Positions 1 through 10,512 of a stretch of 64,000 bases of DNA are shown one piece after another (within the stretch, counting starts at the first letter, position 1; every line of letters starts with the position of its first letter). Position numbers and translations under genes: made by a program. The notes beneath the pieces were generated by a model. It made no database searches. It saw only the letters and a list, made by a program, of their open reading frames with translations, and had not been told where the DNA came from. Location of the stretch: IMG/VR virus record IMGVR_UViG_3300019763_000001, positions 91,494 through 155,493 of that record. One strand, written 5' to 3'. The DNA comes from a virus.

Positions 1-949
1 CACGTTGAATTGCGTAACTTGCTCCTGATATACCACCAGTTACATAAACAGGTGTTAAAGCGTTAACACCAGAGACAGTAACTGTTGTTGTTGATTCGTG
101 AGTTCCGCCTAAACCTACATTAGAATTTGTTGTAAACACATTTAATCCAGCAAATGGAGATGGTTCTTTATCAACAACAAAATCAACTTGACGTGTATTA
201 GTCCCAACTGTAAATTCACCAGATTGAGATGCATCGCCGTCAGGTAACGCGATAATGTTAGCATCAGACATTACTAATTGAACAATATCACCCGCATTCA
301 CAGAAGCTGGTAATGCTACAGGTGCACCATTATTAATAGAAGCTAGTGCACCAGCAATGGTTGATGATACTGGAATAGCACCAACACCAATTGCTGTAAC
401 ACCAACGGTTGTTGCACTGTTTGTTATAAACGCCAATACAGATGGACCAGCAACTGTAAAAGAAGTTGGTTCCATGTTAATTGTTCTAATTGCCCAAAAT
501 GATCCATTCCAAACAATTGAAAAGATAAACCCTCTATCACTAATGGTTAATGATGGATTAGTTGCGTAGTTAATATCATTGCCGTTACCATCGATAGTAA
601 TAGCATTAACATCATAGGTGTTTGCAAAATCAGCAATGAAAATCTCATCACCTTCGTTAGGAAGAGGTGGACAGAAAACTGTATAGCTACCACCTGACGT
701 ATCAAGCATATAACCATTACCTGCTTCCATTGTAATTGGGCCAGTTTGTGCTGGGAATTTCCAATTTGATCCACCTAACGTAGACCATCTACCATTCAAA
801 TATTGCTCTATTGCTCCGACAGAAGAATTATGTCTAATCATACCTTCCTCTGCAATTGCTGGACGATTTGCTGTTGTTCCTGATGGAGGCTTAATTGCAC
901 CTACTCCAGTTACGTCAAGGATATCGTCTTCAACGCGAAATCTACTCAT
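1..949 (-). CDS. tail fibre/virion structural protein, runs off window start
   Basis: ATG at 949 after GAGGT RBS; open frame MSRFRVEDDILDVTGVGAIKPPSGTTANRP..EGMIRHNS, a PxGTTAxRP motif typical of phage fibre proteins. Not in ORF track because it is truncated. Confidence 0.75.
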   Translation of the reverse strand, partial: MSRFRVEDDILDVTGVGAIKPPSGTTANRPAIAEEGMIRHNSSVGAIEQYLNGRWSTLGGSNWKFPAQTGPITMEAGNGYMLDTSGGSYTVFCPPLPNEGDEIFIADFANTYDVNAITIDGNGNDINYATNPSLTISDRGFIFSIVWNGSFWAIRTINMEPTSFTVAGPSVLAFITNSATTVGVTAIGVGAIPVSSTIAGALASINNGAPVALPASVNAGDIVQLVMSDANIIALPDGDASQSGEFTVGTNTRQVDFVVDKEPSPFAGLNVFTTNSNVGLGGTHESTTTVTVSGVNALTPVYVTGGISGASYAIQR

Positions 950-1077
950 GTATTAAACCTCATTGTGAAGTTAAAATAAAATCTTTAACTACGTCTAGTT
1001 AATTAGACTATTGATAATGTGCAACCGCACTCTCTTTTTTACATTATTTATTGTTTCTATTTTTATTTAACGATGAT

Positions 1078-2187
1078 TTAAGTAGTGATTGCTGATATTT
1101 GCTTAACCAATATTGTTGCACTAGCAGCGCTTCCCAACTCACAAGATAAATTGCCATCAACATCCACTGTGAAAGATAAACCATTGATTCCAACAGCATC
1201 AGGACCATATGCAGTAACAGAGCTACTAACCCCGTTAGATGCAATAGTTACGTGACTAACTCTATGATTTGATCCTTCAGATATCGACACAACTAATACC
1301 GCAGCTCGAAGATTTGCTGGTGCTGTCCATATTAAATGAGGACCTACTCCTGTAGTTACAATAGGTGTTGGTGCTGATTTAGCTAAGATAAACCCATCAT
1401 CATCAGCATATAATTCAACATCACCGTTTCCTGATAAATTTGTTGATTTAATTTTTCCATTAATATCAACACCAGTAGATGAAGTTATTAATTTAGAAAT
1501 GCCAGCATAATTTAATGATACGATTGGAGTACCACCACCTACATATATCTGTTCATAAAGATTACCACCAGTCCTAGCTAACAACGTCAACAAATTATCA
1601 TTTGCAGTTTGAGTTATGTTAAGTCTACCTGTTCCATTTGAAATATTACTATCTGTTCCATTATGGGATATACTCATGTCATTAGAGTCACCGAAAAACG
1701 CTGATATATTATCTGGATATAAAATAGATCCAGCCAATAAACCACCAGTCAATTGCAAGTATCTATTATCGTTATAATCTCTATTCCCAACCTCTGAACC
1801 ATTTGTAGGATCAGAAATGTTATCAATATTAAAACCATCTAAGTTTAAATTGGATGAAGCACCACCTTTTAACACATATCTGTTATCATTGTATCCCCTA
1901 TCACCAACCCCTGCATCATCAACAGGATCTAATGGATTTTTTAATGATTTGTTATCCATATCAATACCACCTTGCATAACAGCACCTGTCAATGGAAGAT
2001 AGTTCGTTTTGATCGACTCCAAATCATCATATAGGATTTTTACAGTTTTAGCAGAAGCAGGATTTGTCGTAGAATTTGTTACAAAGTTATCAACAACTTC
2101 GTTTCTACTGATTTTAGTTTGTATCGATTCTAATAGTTGATCAATTCTAACACCGTCGAATCGTGAGTAATATTCTGAATTTGCCAT
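1078..2187 (-). CDS. baseplate/tail-fibre-associated structural protein
   Basis: 369 aa; YLPLTG and NRxYNDxRY fibre-type repeats; directly downstream of baseplate wedge genes. Confidence 0.65.
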   Translation of the reverse strand: MANSEYYSRFDGVRIDQLLESIQTKISRNEVVDNFVTNSTTNPASAKTVKILYDDLESIKTNYLPLTGAVMQGGIDMDNKSLKNPLDPVDDAGVGDRGYNDNRYVLKGGASSNLNLDGFNIDNISDPTNGSEVGNRDYNDNRYLQLTGGLLAGSILYPDNISAFFGDSNDMSISHNGTDSNISNGTGRLNITQTANDNLLTLLARTGGNLYEQIYVGGGTPIVSLNYAGISKLITSSTGVDINGKIKSTNLSGNGDVELYADDDGFILAKSAPTPIVTTGVGPHLIWTAPANLRAAVLVVSISEGSNHRVSHVTIASNGVSSSVTAYGPDAVGINGLSFTVDVDGNLSCELGSAASATILVKQISAITT

Positions 2188-3087
2188 TTACCCTTCTCTC
2201 TTCTCGAAAATTATATTGAAGCCACTAGGAGCTACAAAAACATTAAAAATGTTGTTTATAAAGTCAGCATAATGATCAACATCTTCATTTAATTTTATGA
2301 CTATTGAGTACTCGCTGTATTTGTCGTCGTCTCTCAATACCTGCAATGTATCAATATGCGGAGCACTTCCATCAATATAAATTAAGCTATCTTTTGGATA
2401 TATAACATCAATAGATTCTCTAAAGAATAGTCTAAAGAATAACTCCATAGACGCTTTAGTTCCTTTCATTTCATTTATTCTTTTCAGTAGCTTAATTAGC
2501 CTTAGATTATCAACTTGAATGTATTCTGTTCCCCCATCACCACCAATAATAAACGCTTTCTTATTTGAAGTGAAAAATCCATCTTTATCGCTAGTGAATA
2601 GTTGTTGCAATGCTCTAACTTGTCTACGCTCTTGCACTTGAAAACCGAACTGCTCCATCCACAGCTGAAAATACTCCTCATCATTTCTAGCAACATCAAA
2701 CCAACGACCATCGTTGATCATCATTGTATAACCATCGCTAGTTACAAAAGGTAAGTATTCTCTTTCTAGATGGGTTCGTTCAACGTGGTTTTCTATAACT
2801 GCTCCAGCGTTGGTATTCCTGTTGAAATCTTGAATTAAGTTAATGAATCCATCATTTTTATCTAATATTAGGTATTTTGGATCTTTTGTTGTTTTATATA
2901 AATCGAAGTCAGTTTTCACCCACTTATCGATATTTTCCTTAATAGATGCAAGCTCTTCAATAGATAAACCATCTTCTCTATACAGCCACTCATAATATTT
3001 TTCAATGAATGTTATGAATAGTTGATAGTCCTCTAAAAAATATAGAGGAACTTGCATTCTAATTCTATCACTCACTCCTGATGACAT
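2188..3087 (-). CDS. baseplate wedge subunit, gp7-like N-terminal domain
   Basis: VPLYFLEDYQLFITFIEKYYEWL and KGTKASMELFFRLFF motifs; follows gp6. Confidence 0.65.
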   Translation of the reverse strand: MSSGVSDRIRMQVPLYFLEDYQLFITFIEKYYEWLYREDGLSIEELASIKENIDKWVKTDFDLYKTTKDPKYLILDKNDGFINLIQDFNRNTNAGAVIENHVERTHLEREYLPFVTSDGYTMMINDGRWFDVARNDEEYFQLWMEQFGFQVQERRQVRALQQLFTSDKDGFFTSNKKAFIIGGDGGTEYIQVDNLRLIKLLKRINEMKGTKASMELFFRLFFRESIDVIYPKDSLIYIDGSAPHIDTLQVLRDDDKYSEYSIVIKLNEDVDHYADFINNIFNVFVAPSGFNIIFEKREG

Positions 3088-3088
3088 A

Positions 3089-4837
3089 TCAACTCTCCTT
3101 AACTATAAAATTTACATTAATGTTATTGAATCTTAAAATAGATTCTCTAACACTATTGATATCAGCATTTGAAGGAGTAGCATTAATGACAATTGTACCT
3201 ATAGATACTGGATTCAAATTTACGATAGATATTAAACCAGTGTTATAATCCACCGAACCGTATACACCATGTTCGGTTATCTGATTACCTAACGCTGATC
3301 TAATTTTAATATCCCCATTTTCGTCATATAGTTCATACACTCTATCATCAACTGATAGACTGAACCCAGTCATTGAAACGCTTCCAGCTTTTATCGCATT
3401 ATTGAACCGAATATTAGAACTATTGATTGTATTTGGCGTTATATCGTTTATTGTTTTAGATATTGATACTGATACAACGTTAGATACAAAAGATGTCTGC
3501 AAATTATTGATATATTCAGCTAGCAGTGAAGCTTCATATGATTGACCAAATTTCTCTAAGTTGTTATCACTATAATTATTCAAATGATCTTGAGTCTGTT
3601 TTCTAAGCTCACTTTCATCCAAAACAGTCAGCGTCTTTAAATACTTTATCGTCACATCTAAGTTTAAATCAATATAGCTAGGATCGACGATAATAGGAGT
3701 TATAGAACCAACATTCCTAGGGGCTAGAATATCATTAACAAGCTCATTCTTAGCTGCTTGTGTTAATGTATCGCCGTTATTAGGTTTTACAGCAATATAC
3801 GTATACCCATGTTTTGGTGGAACCTCTGTCGATCCACTCCATGCAATAACATCATCAGCTTCACTGAATTTAGCTTTAACAATTGCGTCATAATCTTGGT
3901 CACTTACAGCGGATCCAGCTGAAGCAAATAATAAAGGTGCATTTCGTCTAATTGATTCCAAACTTTCTTTATCTGATCCACCGTATGTCTTTTGAACATT
4001 AGATACAGCGATATTACTATAGCCTTCAATCAATGACGCGGGTTTAATTACTTGTATTTCATTAGCCGACCCACCATTAGTTCTAATATAGCGAGCTGTA
4101 ATGATATTGCCATCAACAAGTCTATATGAAACAATACCGTCACCGAATTCTATTTGATATAATCCTCTACGATTTTCTTCAATGTGAAAAATCTTAGATG
4201 ATGGTTCAATGTTGAATAAGTCATCAAATCTAGCAAACGCGCTTTTGCTTTCATTAACACTAGATTCCTGAACTTCAACAGTTAGGGTATCTATATCAAT
4301 ATCATCATGCGGAATAACATAAGTATCTATACCATTGCCCTGTACTAGCCAATTGTACGTCTCATAACTTCCTTGAACTAACTCAATACCAACAAATGTA
4401 TATACCCCATTAGCTAATGGAGCAACATAAGATTGAGCAGGTGAAAATTGATAGATAACGTCATCCTTATTTCCAACAAAAGCGACAGTCTCTTTATTAA
4501 GAGAAATAGATGATGGTGCTTCTGCTAAAATAGATGGGGTTACAACAATATCAACAGTTGTTCTCGCACCTCGTTTTGATTGAGGGACATATCCACCTAA
4601 AAAACTAGAAAGTGAACTAGCAACCTCCCTTGAATTAGTGACGCTCATAAACGTATCACCAACCGCTGCATTAGCCATATATGCATTTAGTTCTGTATTT
4701 TTAGCAAGTAGGTTTAATATCGCACTCATACCACTTGCTTCAAAATCATAATCACTGAATTCATCTTGAGATGACATAAAGAGTTTCAAACGTTCTTTAA
4801 TATCCTCAAAGTTCAGACTTGAATTTACAATAGGCAT
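3089..4837 (-). CDS. gp6: baseplate wedge subunit gp6
   Basis: LNFEDIKERLK..QDEFSDYDFEASG, YQIEFGDG, GGSDKESLESIR..AVSDQDY motifs. Confidence 0.93.
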   Translation of the reverse strand: MPIVNSSLNFEDIKERLKLFMSSQDEFSDYDFEASGMSAILNLLAKNTELNAYMANAAVGDTFMSVTNSREVASSLSSFLGGYVPQSKRGARTTVDIVVTPSILAEAPSSISLNKETVAFVGNKDDVIYQFSPAQSYVAPLANGVYTFVGIELVQGSYETYNWLVQGNGIDTYVIPHDDIDIDTLTVEVQESSVNESKSAFARFDDLFNIEPSSKIFHIEENRRGLYQIEFGDGIVSYRLVDGNIITARYIRTNGGSANEIQVIKPASLIEGYSNIAVSNVQKTYGGSDKESLESIRRNAPLLFASAGSAVSDQDYDAIVKAKFSEADDVIAWSGSTEVPPKHGYTYIAVKPNNGDTLTQAAKNELVNDILAPRNVGSITPIIVDPSYIDLNLDVTIKYLKTLTVLDESELRKQTQDHLNNYSDNNLEKFGQSYEASLLAEYINNLQTSFVSNVVSVSISKTINDITPNTINSSNIRFNNAIKAGSVSMTGFSLSVDDRVYELYDENGDIKIRSALGNQITEHGVYGSVDYNTGLISIVNLNPVSIGTIVINATPSNADINSVRESILRFNNINVNFIVKES

Positions 4838-4902
4838 AAAATACCTCTCTCGCCAATTTAAATAATATCATCAAATAAACTATATTTATTAAAGGTACAA
4901 TT

Positions 4903-5163
4903 ATGGGAAGTATAGCCACAATCGGAAAAGAGATGGTGTTGACAACATTACGAAACATGGCTAGCCAAACAAAGTGGCGTTTCGATGAAAAAATAATAGA
5001 TGTTGTGGAAAGGTATTTTGAAGATCAAAAGAGTATACAAAATATCTCCCCAGAACTTTTTGATTTAGCTTTTACGATCTTCGATGATTTATTAGATCCT
5101 GTTAGACATAAAGAAGTTATTGAAGATATTGATGAGTTAAAAAAGAAGCATTTTGTTGAATGA
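4903..5163 (+). CDS. hypothetical protein
   Basis: 86 aa ORF with AAGGT RBS, opposite to late genes. Confidence 0.6.
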   Translation: MGSIATIGKEMVLTTLRNMASQTKWRFDEKIIDVVERYFEDQKSIQNISPELFDLAFTIFDDLLDPVRHKEVIEDIDELKKKHFVE

Positions 5164-5227
5164 ACCCTTGATTTTAATATCATTCTGTATAATAATATCG
5201 TTATAGATTGATACGCAGAGAGAGATA

Positions 5228-5890
5228 TTGAGAATGATTAAAAAACTTTTTGATGAATATGATGCAGAATCAATTATGGAGTATGCAAACAAACTCCTAA
5301 AAGAATCTATTGAAAGCTATTTCCCTAATGCTAGTAATGATCAATGGCATTTCTGCTGGCATTCATGTAAAGGAAAAGCAATGGGAACATGTTCTATAAT
5401 TCATAACCATTGCACCCTAAATATTAAGTACCAAGGGATGTTATCATACGAGTGTGTGTTAGATACAATAAGACACGAAATAGCTCATGTGATGGATTAT
5501 CTAGAAAATAACAAACTAGGACATGGAAGAACATTTAGAAAGTGGGCTGTTATTTTAGGCGCAACTCCTAGAGCGAAGGGGTTTATAATTTATAATGATA
5601 AGTTTAAACAAGCGGGAATCGATAATAGACCTAAATCGAGATACTACTTAGTCAAAGAAGAGGAAGATGGAACATATTATGTTGATACTGCCCATAGATA
5701 TGAAAAGAAAACAAGAAAAATAAATGCTGATACATGGATCACTCATAAAGTGACTAAGCAAATAACGCATAAAGGGAAGCTTTGGCTAATTGAATCAAAG
5801 AACGTTGATCAAGTAAATGATGCAACGCTCTTTAGATTTGATAAGAACGAAAGGACTTATAAAAGTAAATCGGGCGTTATCTACGCCTAA
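5228..5890 (+). CDS. SprT-like zinc metalloprotease domain protein
   Basis: DTIRHEIAH (HExxH) followed by GHGRTFRKWA. Confidence 0.8.
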   Translation: MRMIKKLFDEYDAESIMEYANKLLKESIESYFPNASNDQWHFCWHSCKGKAMGTCSIIHNHCTLNIKYQGMLSYECVLDTIRHEIAHVMDYLENNKLGHGRTFRKWAVILGATPRAKGFIIYNDKFKQAGIDNRPKSRYYLVKEEEDGTYYVDTAHRYEKKTRKINADTWITHKVTKQITHKGKLWLIESKNVDQVNDATLFRFDKNERTYKSKSGVIYA

Positions 5891-6272
5891 GTGTGATATT
5901 AACTATTGAGGATTCTTGTGTAGCTTTTTCAGTGAATAGAATCCTCACATATACACCTTCATAATCGTCAAAATAAGATAGTTTAACACCTCTTATCTCA
6001 GCTCTAGGTTCATACCTTTCAATCTCTTCAATAAGTTTTGTTTCTAATGTTTGTAGAAGCAATTCATCAGGGCTAGGTTCACCCAATAAATGTCGCCACA
6101 GTCCCATACCAAATGACATATCACTTATCCACTCTTCTTTGCTAGTGACGACAATATGCTTAATAGCCTGAGCTATCGCTCTGATACCTTTTCTTTTAGC
6201 TACATCTTTAGTCACAGGATGCAATCCAAATGATAAATCTATATCTTTATATTGCTTTAATATAATTGCCAT
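5877..6272 (-). CDS. gp25: baseplate wedge subunit gp25
   Basis: YKDIDLSFGLHPVTKD..FG..IERYEPRAEI. Confidence 0.92.
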   Translation of the reverse strand: MAIILKQYKDIDLSFGLHPVTKDVAKRKGIRAIAQAIKHIVVTSKEEWISDMSFGMGLWRHLLGEPSPDELLLQTLETKLIEEIERYEPRAEIRGVKLSYFDDYEGVYVRILFTEKATQESSIVNITLRRR

Positions 6273-6276
6273 TTGT

Positions 6277-7281
6277 TTATACCCTCAAGTGTGGTACGCC
6301 ATGATGAGTTGTAACAGAGACTTCTGCACCATCAAGAAATAAACGTCTAATATTGACATCACCTTGAAAATCTACTCTCTCGCCATCATTCACTTTAACT
6401 ATCTTTCCTTTTTCGAGCGTTTCTTCTATAACTTCCTTGAATATTCTTTCAATCTTTCCTTCATATTCTTCCTCTATGAGCATTTTAAATAAACGCTTGA
6501 TTTCATCATCATATCTTTCATCAACTTTATCGAAGTGAATTTTCTTATAACGACCATGAAATTCAGTGTCGTAACCATCACCATACGTCTTAGTTACATT
6601 GCTGCCAAAATACTCAAAAGATTCCTGCCCATGATACGCTGTTTCATACATGTCACCTAATTCATAAAAGTAATTCATGTTAGGATACCATTTTAGCAAT
6701 CTGCTATTAGTTACATCGCTTTGATACTCTTCTAGCGAACCATCTGAATATTCAATTACATGTTGTTGACCATACGCTCTATTGGCAGGTTGCTCACTAA
6801 ATCTTATTTCAGAGTCTGCATCCTTTGGAATTTGGATCATTTGAATGATATCACGCTTTTCTCGTACAACTGGATGCTCAAAATTGGGATCACTTCTAAA
6901 CAATCTATTAGTATCGGGTTCATTCAAATCATGTTTGAAACTAGGATAAATCCAATTTGGATCATTAAACGCTCCCCCATTACTTCTAGATGTTGGAATT
7001 GCATTCATCGTTCCTAGTATTAACCCAACTTGTTTTTCATAATCAATAAACAATCCAAAAACATAAGCACCAGTTTCAATATTAGGTGATTGCCCAACAC
7101 CACTTGAACATAAACTATTAGGCGGCATTACAGGAGTCATCCAGAGTAATTTATCTATCGGCAATTCAGCTAGATTATCGCTATGATACTCAAAACATCT
7201 AACTCTTGATCTACCTAATTTTAGTGGATCATCTGTTGACTCAACAATACCTGTAAAATATTTAACTTCTCCAGTTATCAT
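6277..7281 (-). CDS. gp5: baseplate hub gp5 (OB-fold, no lysozyme domain)
   Basis: YFTGIVESTDDPLKLGRSRVRCF..LLWM..SGVGQSP N-terminal OB fold. Confidence 0.88.
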   Translation of the reverse strand: MITGEVKYFTGIVESTDDPLKLGRSRVRCFEYHSDNLAELPIDKLLWMTPVMPPNSLCSSGVGQSPNIETGAYVFGLFIDYEKQVGLILGTMNAIPTSRSNGGAFNDPNWIYPSFKHDLNEPDTNRLFRSDPNFEHPVVREKRDIIQMIQIPKDADSEIRFSEQPANRAYGQQHVIEYSDGSLEEYQSDVTNSRLLKWYPNMNYFYELGDMYETAYHGQESFEYFGSNVTKTYGDGYDTEFHGRYKKIHFDKVDERYDDEIKRLFKMLIEEEYEGKIERIFKEVIEETLEKGKIVKVNDGERVDFQGDVNIRRLFLDGAEVSVTTHHGVPHLRV

Positions 7282-7457
7282 TTATTAATTGCCTCTTCTC
7301 TCGCTTTGTTTCTCTCTTCTACGTCACTTGAAATTAAAGCAAATTCCAAATCTCGTTCCCAAGGTATCAAAGCATCAAATTCACTAAACGAAATATTAAA
7401 ATCGGTTGCCAACCTATGCCTCATCTTTATATAACTTTGCACGTCAATAGACAGCAT
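7278..7457 (-). CDS. small baseplate hub assembly protein, gp51-like (59 aa)
   Basis: Read by hand: MLSIDVQSYIKMRHRLATDFNISFSEFDALIPWERDLEFALI; IPWERD motif; TAATG overlap with the gp26 stop. Confidence 0.8.
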   Translation of the reverse strand: MLSIDVQSYIKMRHRLATDFNISFSEFDALIPWERDLEFALISSDVEERNKAREEAINK

Positions 7458-8251
7458 TAGATAAAAAGTGAGTTTATATCATCAATAACGAAGTCTTTTT
7501 CATTTTTACATTTAGGGCAAACAACTTTTGTTTTTAATAGAACACTAGGCTTTCTACCAAAGAATTTATCTGTAATTTCTTGTTTAACGGATAAACTGAT
7601 ACTATTGAAAAATACATCTTTCGATTCTCTCGATTCGTCATGCATGTAGTAAACTTCATCACCATTAGTTTCATATACAAATTCTGTACATGCTTCTATA
7701 TCATTTGTAACGGCATCATTAGAGCTATTGAGTAAAGATGATATTGCTTGCATATTTTCAATCATAGATGGGTATTTCAATCTAATGGACAATACATCAT
7801 CAATTTCAAAATCATATACAGGCTCTTTACCATCTCTATGCTGTACTTTGATGTTTTCTGTGGCGATTGTCATTTTAATGGGTGTTTTACACGCAACATA
7901 TTCTTCATCCTCGTTTGATACATCGTGATTACAGATGAACTGAACTTCGAGATTTGTATCAATGGAAACTTCACGCATTCGCAAGAACAAATCTTGTATG
8001 TCATAATCATGCAATTTATCAAAATCTAGTTGTGTTATGCAACATGATTCCACTACACGTCTAATACCATTCATTTGTTGTTCAATAGCTTTTGCGAGCT
8101 TTTCTTCACTATATGTTTTCTGATCTTTTTCGGTTACGAGCAATTGAGCTAGGATTTTTTCTTCACCTGTTGTAAATCCCCTATACTCAATTTTAGTGCC
8201 ATCAAACAAAGTGTGAAAATACGTCGCGTGTTTTACTATAGGGAGTGCCAT
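7457..8251 (-). CDS. gp26: baseplate hub subunit/chaperone gp26
   Basis: MALP..YRGFTTGEEKIL..DIQDLFLRMREVS..LKYPS..CPKC. Confidence 0.88.
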   Translation of the reverse strand: MALPIVKHATYFHTLFDGTKIEYRGFTTGEEKILAQLLVTEKDQKTYSEEKLAKAIEQQMNGIRRVVESCCITQLDFDKLHDYDIQDLFLRMREVSIDTNLEVQFICNHDVSNEDEEYVACKTPIKMTIATENIKVQHRDGKEPVYDFEIDDVLSIRLKYPSMIENMQAISSLLNSSNDAVTNDIEACTEFVYETNGDEVYYMHDESRESKDVFFNSISLSVKQEITDKFFGRKPSVLLKTKVVCPKCKNEKDFVIDDINSLFI

Positions 8252-8296
8252 ATCATTATTCTCCTTAGTTTATTATATCTTATATTTAACAGACAT

Positions 8297-8327
8297 AAAA
8301 AAAGGACGATACATTTCTGCATCGCCC
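8297..8327 (-). terminator. Rho-independent terminator
   Basis: GGGCGATGCA-GAAA-TGTATCGTCC then T7 on minus strand. Confidence 0.7.
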
Positions 8328-8371
8328 AAAAAGGTTCATAATAAAATCGGAGAATTGTCTGAAAATAACCT

Positions 8372-8689
8372 TTAATCTTTACATGTGGAATATGAGAATG
8401 ATAGAACCTTTTTATCTCCATCAACCATCATATTTTCTTTCATGTCATCTTTAACTAAGCTCATAAAGTCTGTCATCCATTCAGAGTCTTTTTTGCCTCT
8501 ATAGTGCTGGATGTATACAGTAGTACAATCAGTAGATTGAGGATTGTTAAACACACCAGATATAAATCCATTACCAAACAGGTAACCTACTATAGAGAGA
8601 ATAAACCCTGCAACAAACTGTTTAACAGAAAATTTTGTTTTAGCAGAGTTTACATACTCTTTAACTCTAGGATCAAGTTTGAGTTTCAT
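8372..8689 (-). CDS. hypothetical membrane protein
   Basis: one hydrophobic segment; RBS and AATAAATA upstream. Confidence 0.6.
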   Translation of the reverse strand: MKLKLDPRVKEYVNSAKTKFSVKQFVAGFILSIVGYLFGNGFISGVFNNPQSTDCTTVYIQHYRGKKDSEWMTDFMSLVKDDMKENMMVDGDKKVLSFSYSTCKD

Positions 8690-8751
8690 AGTAGTTCCTT
8701 AATACCGAAAACTTCTTTGCTATATTTATTATCGAAGTTTTTCAGGAACTC

Positions 8752-9027
8752 TCACTTAAAAGAGCCTTCATCATCTTCAATAGATTTATGACAATGTTTT
8801 GGATCTATTGGATCAAGTATATATTTACACACCCAAGAACAAACTTTACACGTATTTGTCTGTGAATTTTTACCCATAACAGAAGATAGTGTTTCATCGG
8901 CATCACCAAACTTAGCACCACCTTCTTTTACGAAAAGCGTGTTAAGTATAAAGCCTATTAAAACATTAACTCCCTGATCTATCCAAATCAAAACTTCCCA
9001 AATATATTTAAAAATCGACTTCAACAT
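8752..9027 (-). CDS. conserved small phage membrane protein
   Basis: IDQGVN..GDADETLSS..DPKHC motif. Confidence 0.7.
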   Translation of the reverse strand: MLKSIFKYIWEVLIWIDQGVNVLIGFILNTLFVKEGGAKFGDADETLSSVMGKNSQTNTCKVCSWVCKYILDPIDPKHCHKSIEDDEGSFK

Positions 9028-9081
9028 TATATATTCCTCTAAAAAATTTTTAGATTTAGTGTATATTAAAATAAAATTACG

Positions 9082-9426
9082 TCACTTCAGAGATGATTCA
9101 CAAACTCTCGCAAATTCATTCATCTGAGTTGCGTACAAAAGTTGATTATTCTTAAGTTCTTGTGAATAGTCTCTAAACGTAGTTTTAAGTTTATCCTCGT
9201 TACTAGCTAACCTATACTTATCAATTAGAGATTGAATCTCCTTAGATACTGAAATATTTCTAGTTCCAACGTATTCATTCATATAGAACATATATGCTGT
9301 ACATTGTTCAGTTGTTATGTTGCTATTTGCTACCAATTTAGTTGATTGCAGTGTGCCATCTTGCATTTGCGCCGTGCTTCCACCAATAACAGCAGCAATG
9401 ACAGTCGAAGTTATCGTTGTTCTCAT
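9082..9426 (-). CDS. hypothetical exported protein
   Basis: N-terminal signal-like segment. Confidence 0.55.
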   Translation of the reverse strand: MRTTITSTVIAAVIGGSTAQMQDGTLQSTKLVANSNITTEQCTAYMFYMNEYVGTRNISVSKEIQSLIDKYRLASNEDKLKTTFRDYSQELKNNQLLYATQMNEFARVCESSLK

Positions 9427-9544
9427 GATAGTTAAATGCGTTCTCTGTAAGAAGAAAGCCCCTTTAGTGGTTGATTGGAGTTATTGAGATATAACATTCT
9501 ATGATCCTCTAAATTAAACGGATTTTAACATCCTTGTTAAATAT

Positions 9545-9955
9545 TTATAATAGCTGCAACTCCGAAAGCTTAACCAAAACTAAATTCTTAAATTGTTCAG
9601 CTAGTGCCATTGGAGCTTGCACATCTTCATTATTAAGCTTAGTGAATAATATTGTTCTATATCCGCCACATACACTTGCAAGCTTTAGAAATTTCTCTGC
9701 ATATAATTCAATATCTTTAGCTAATTGTAATGCCGCATCTTCATTATCCATACCAAACAACTGCGCTCTAATATGAATCATTGGAGTGTCAAATTCATTA
9801 TATTCAACTTCACCGTTAATAAGCTTTAACGCTTCCTCATATAGAGATGGAAAAGCTTTTTTCTCAGGCTCACTAAAGTCTTTAAGTGCAACTGCATCAA
9901 TTTCATTCATTTCCTGTATAAAATAGTCTTTTGCTTGTTGAATATCACTCATCAT
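9545..9955 (-). CDS. hypothetical protein, possible fibre assembly chaperone
   Basis: 136 aa, coupled to upstream gene at end of fibre cluster. Confidence 0.55.
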   Translation of the reverse strand: MMSDIQQAKDYFIQEMNEIDAVALKDFSEPEKKAFPSLYEEALKLINGEVEYNEFDTPMIHIRAQLFGMDNEDAALQLAKDIELYAEKFLKLASVCGGYRTILFTKLNNEDVQAPMALAEQFKNLVLVKLSELQLL

Positions 9956-10500
9956 CTTTTCTCCAAAACAAGGGAACCAGAATTCATATAAATGTATCGT
10001 CTACTTGATGTATTGGAATAATTTCCATCCCTCTCAAAAACAACCATCAAAAATTCATCTTCATTCAGATCAAACTCAGCGTCTTCAAATCCCTTTTGTT
10101 TTTGTAGTTCTTCAAAGTCGATTTTAATGTTTAACCGTTTACTTGATACTAAAGCTTGTCGTTGCGTATAGTCTTCGTATACAACCCTTAAATCCTGTTT
10201 GGATCCATCTTCAGCAACTTTAAATGCAATAAAGTGAACTCTAAAATTTATAGTTTCATTGCTTCTAACATCAGTGTACCCAGTAAATGAAAAGCTCTTT
10301 AACTCGCTTTTAAATGGAATATTAAACCCACCAACACTATTTGTATCAAATCTTAAGTCTCTTAAAATATCATCGTTTCGAGGTTTACCGATTGTTCTAT
10401 TTAAATGATAGTAGTTTGACCCGTATTGGTTCCAAGTTGTAAATCTATCGTTGTTTAAGTAAAGTCTTCCAGAAAATGGAATTAAAATAGTTTGGCTCAT
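9952..10500 (-). CDS. hypothetical structural protein
   Basis: 182 aa, AGGAG RBS. Confidence 0.6.
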   Translation of the reverse strand: MSQTILIPFSGRLYLNNDRFTTWNQYGSNYYHLNRTIGKPRNDDILRDLRFDTNSVGGFNIPFKSELKSFSFTGYTDVRSNETINFRVHFIAFKVAEDGSKQDLRVVYEDYTQRQALVSSKRLNIKIDFEELQKQKGFEDAEFDLNEDEFLMVVFERDGNYSNTSSRRYIYMNSGSLVLEKR

Positions 10501-10512
10501 TACATATTCTCC

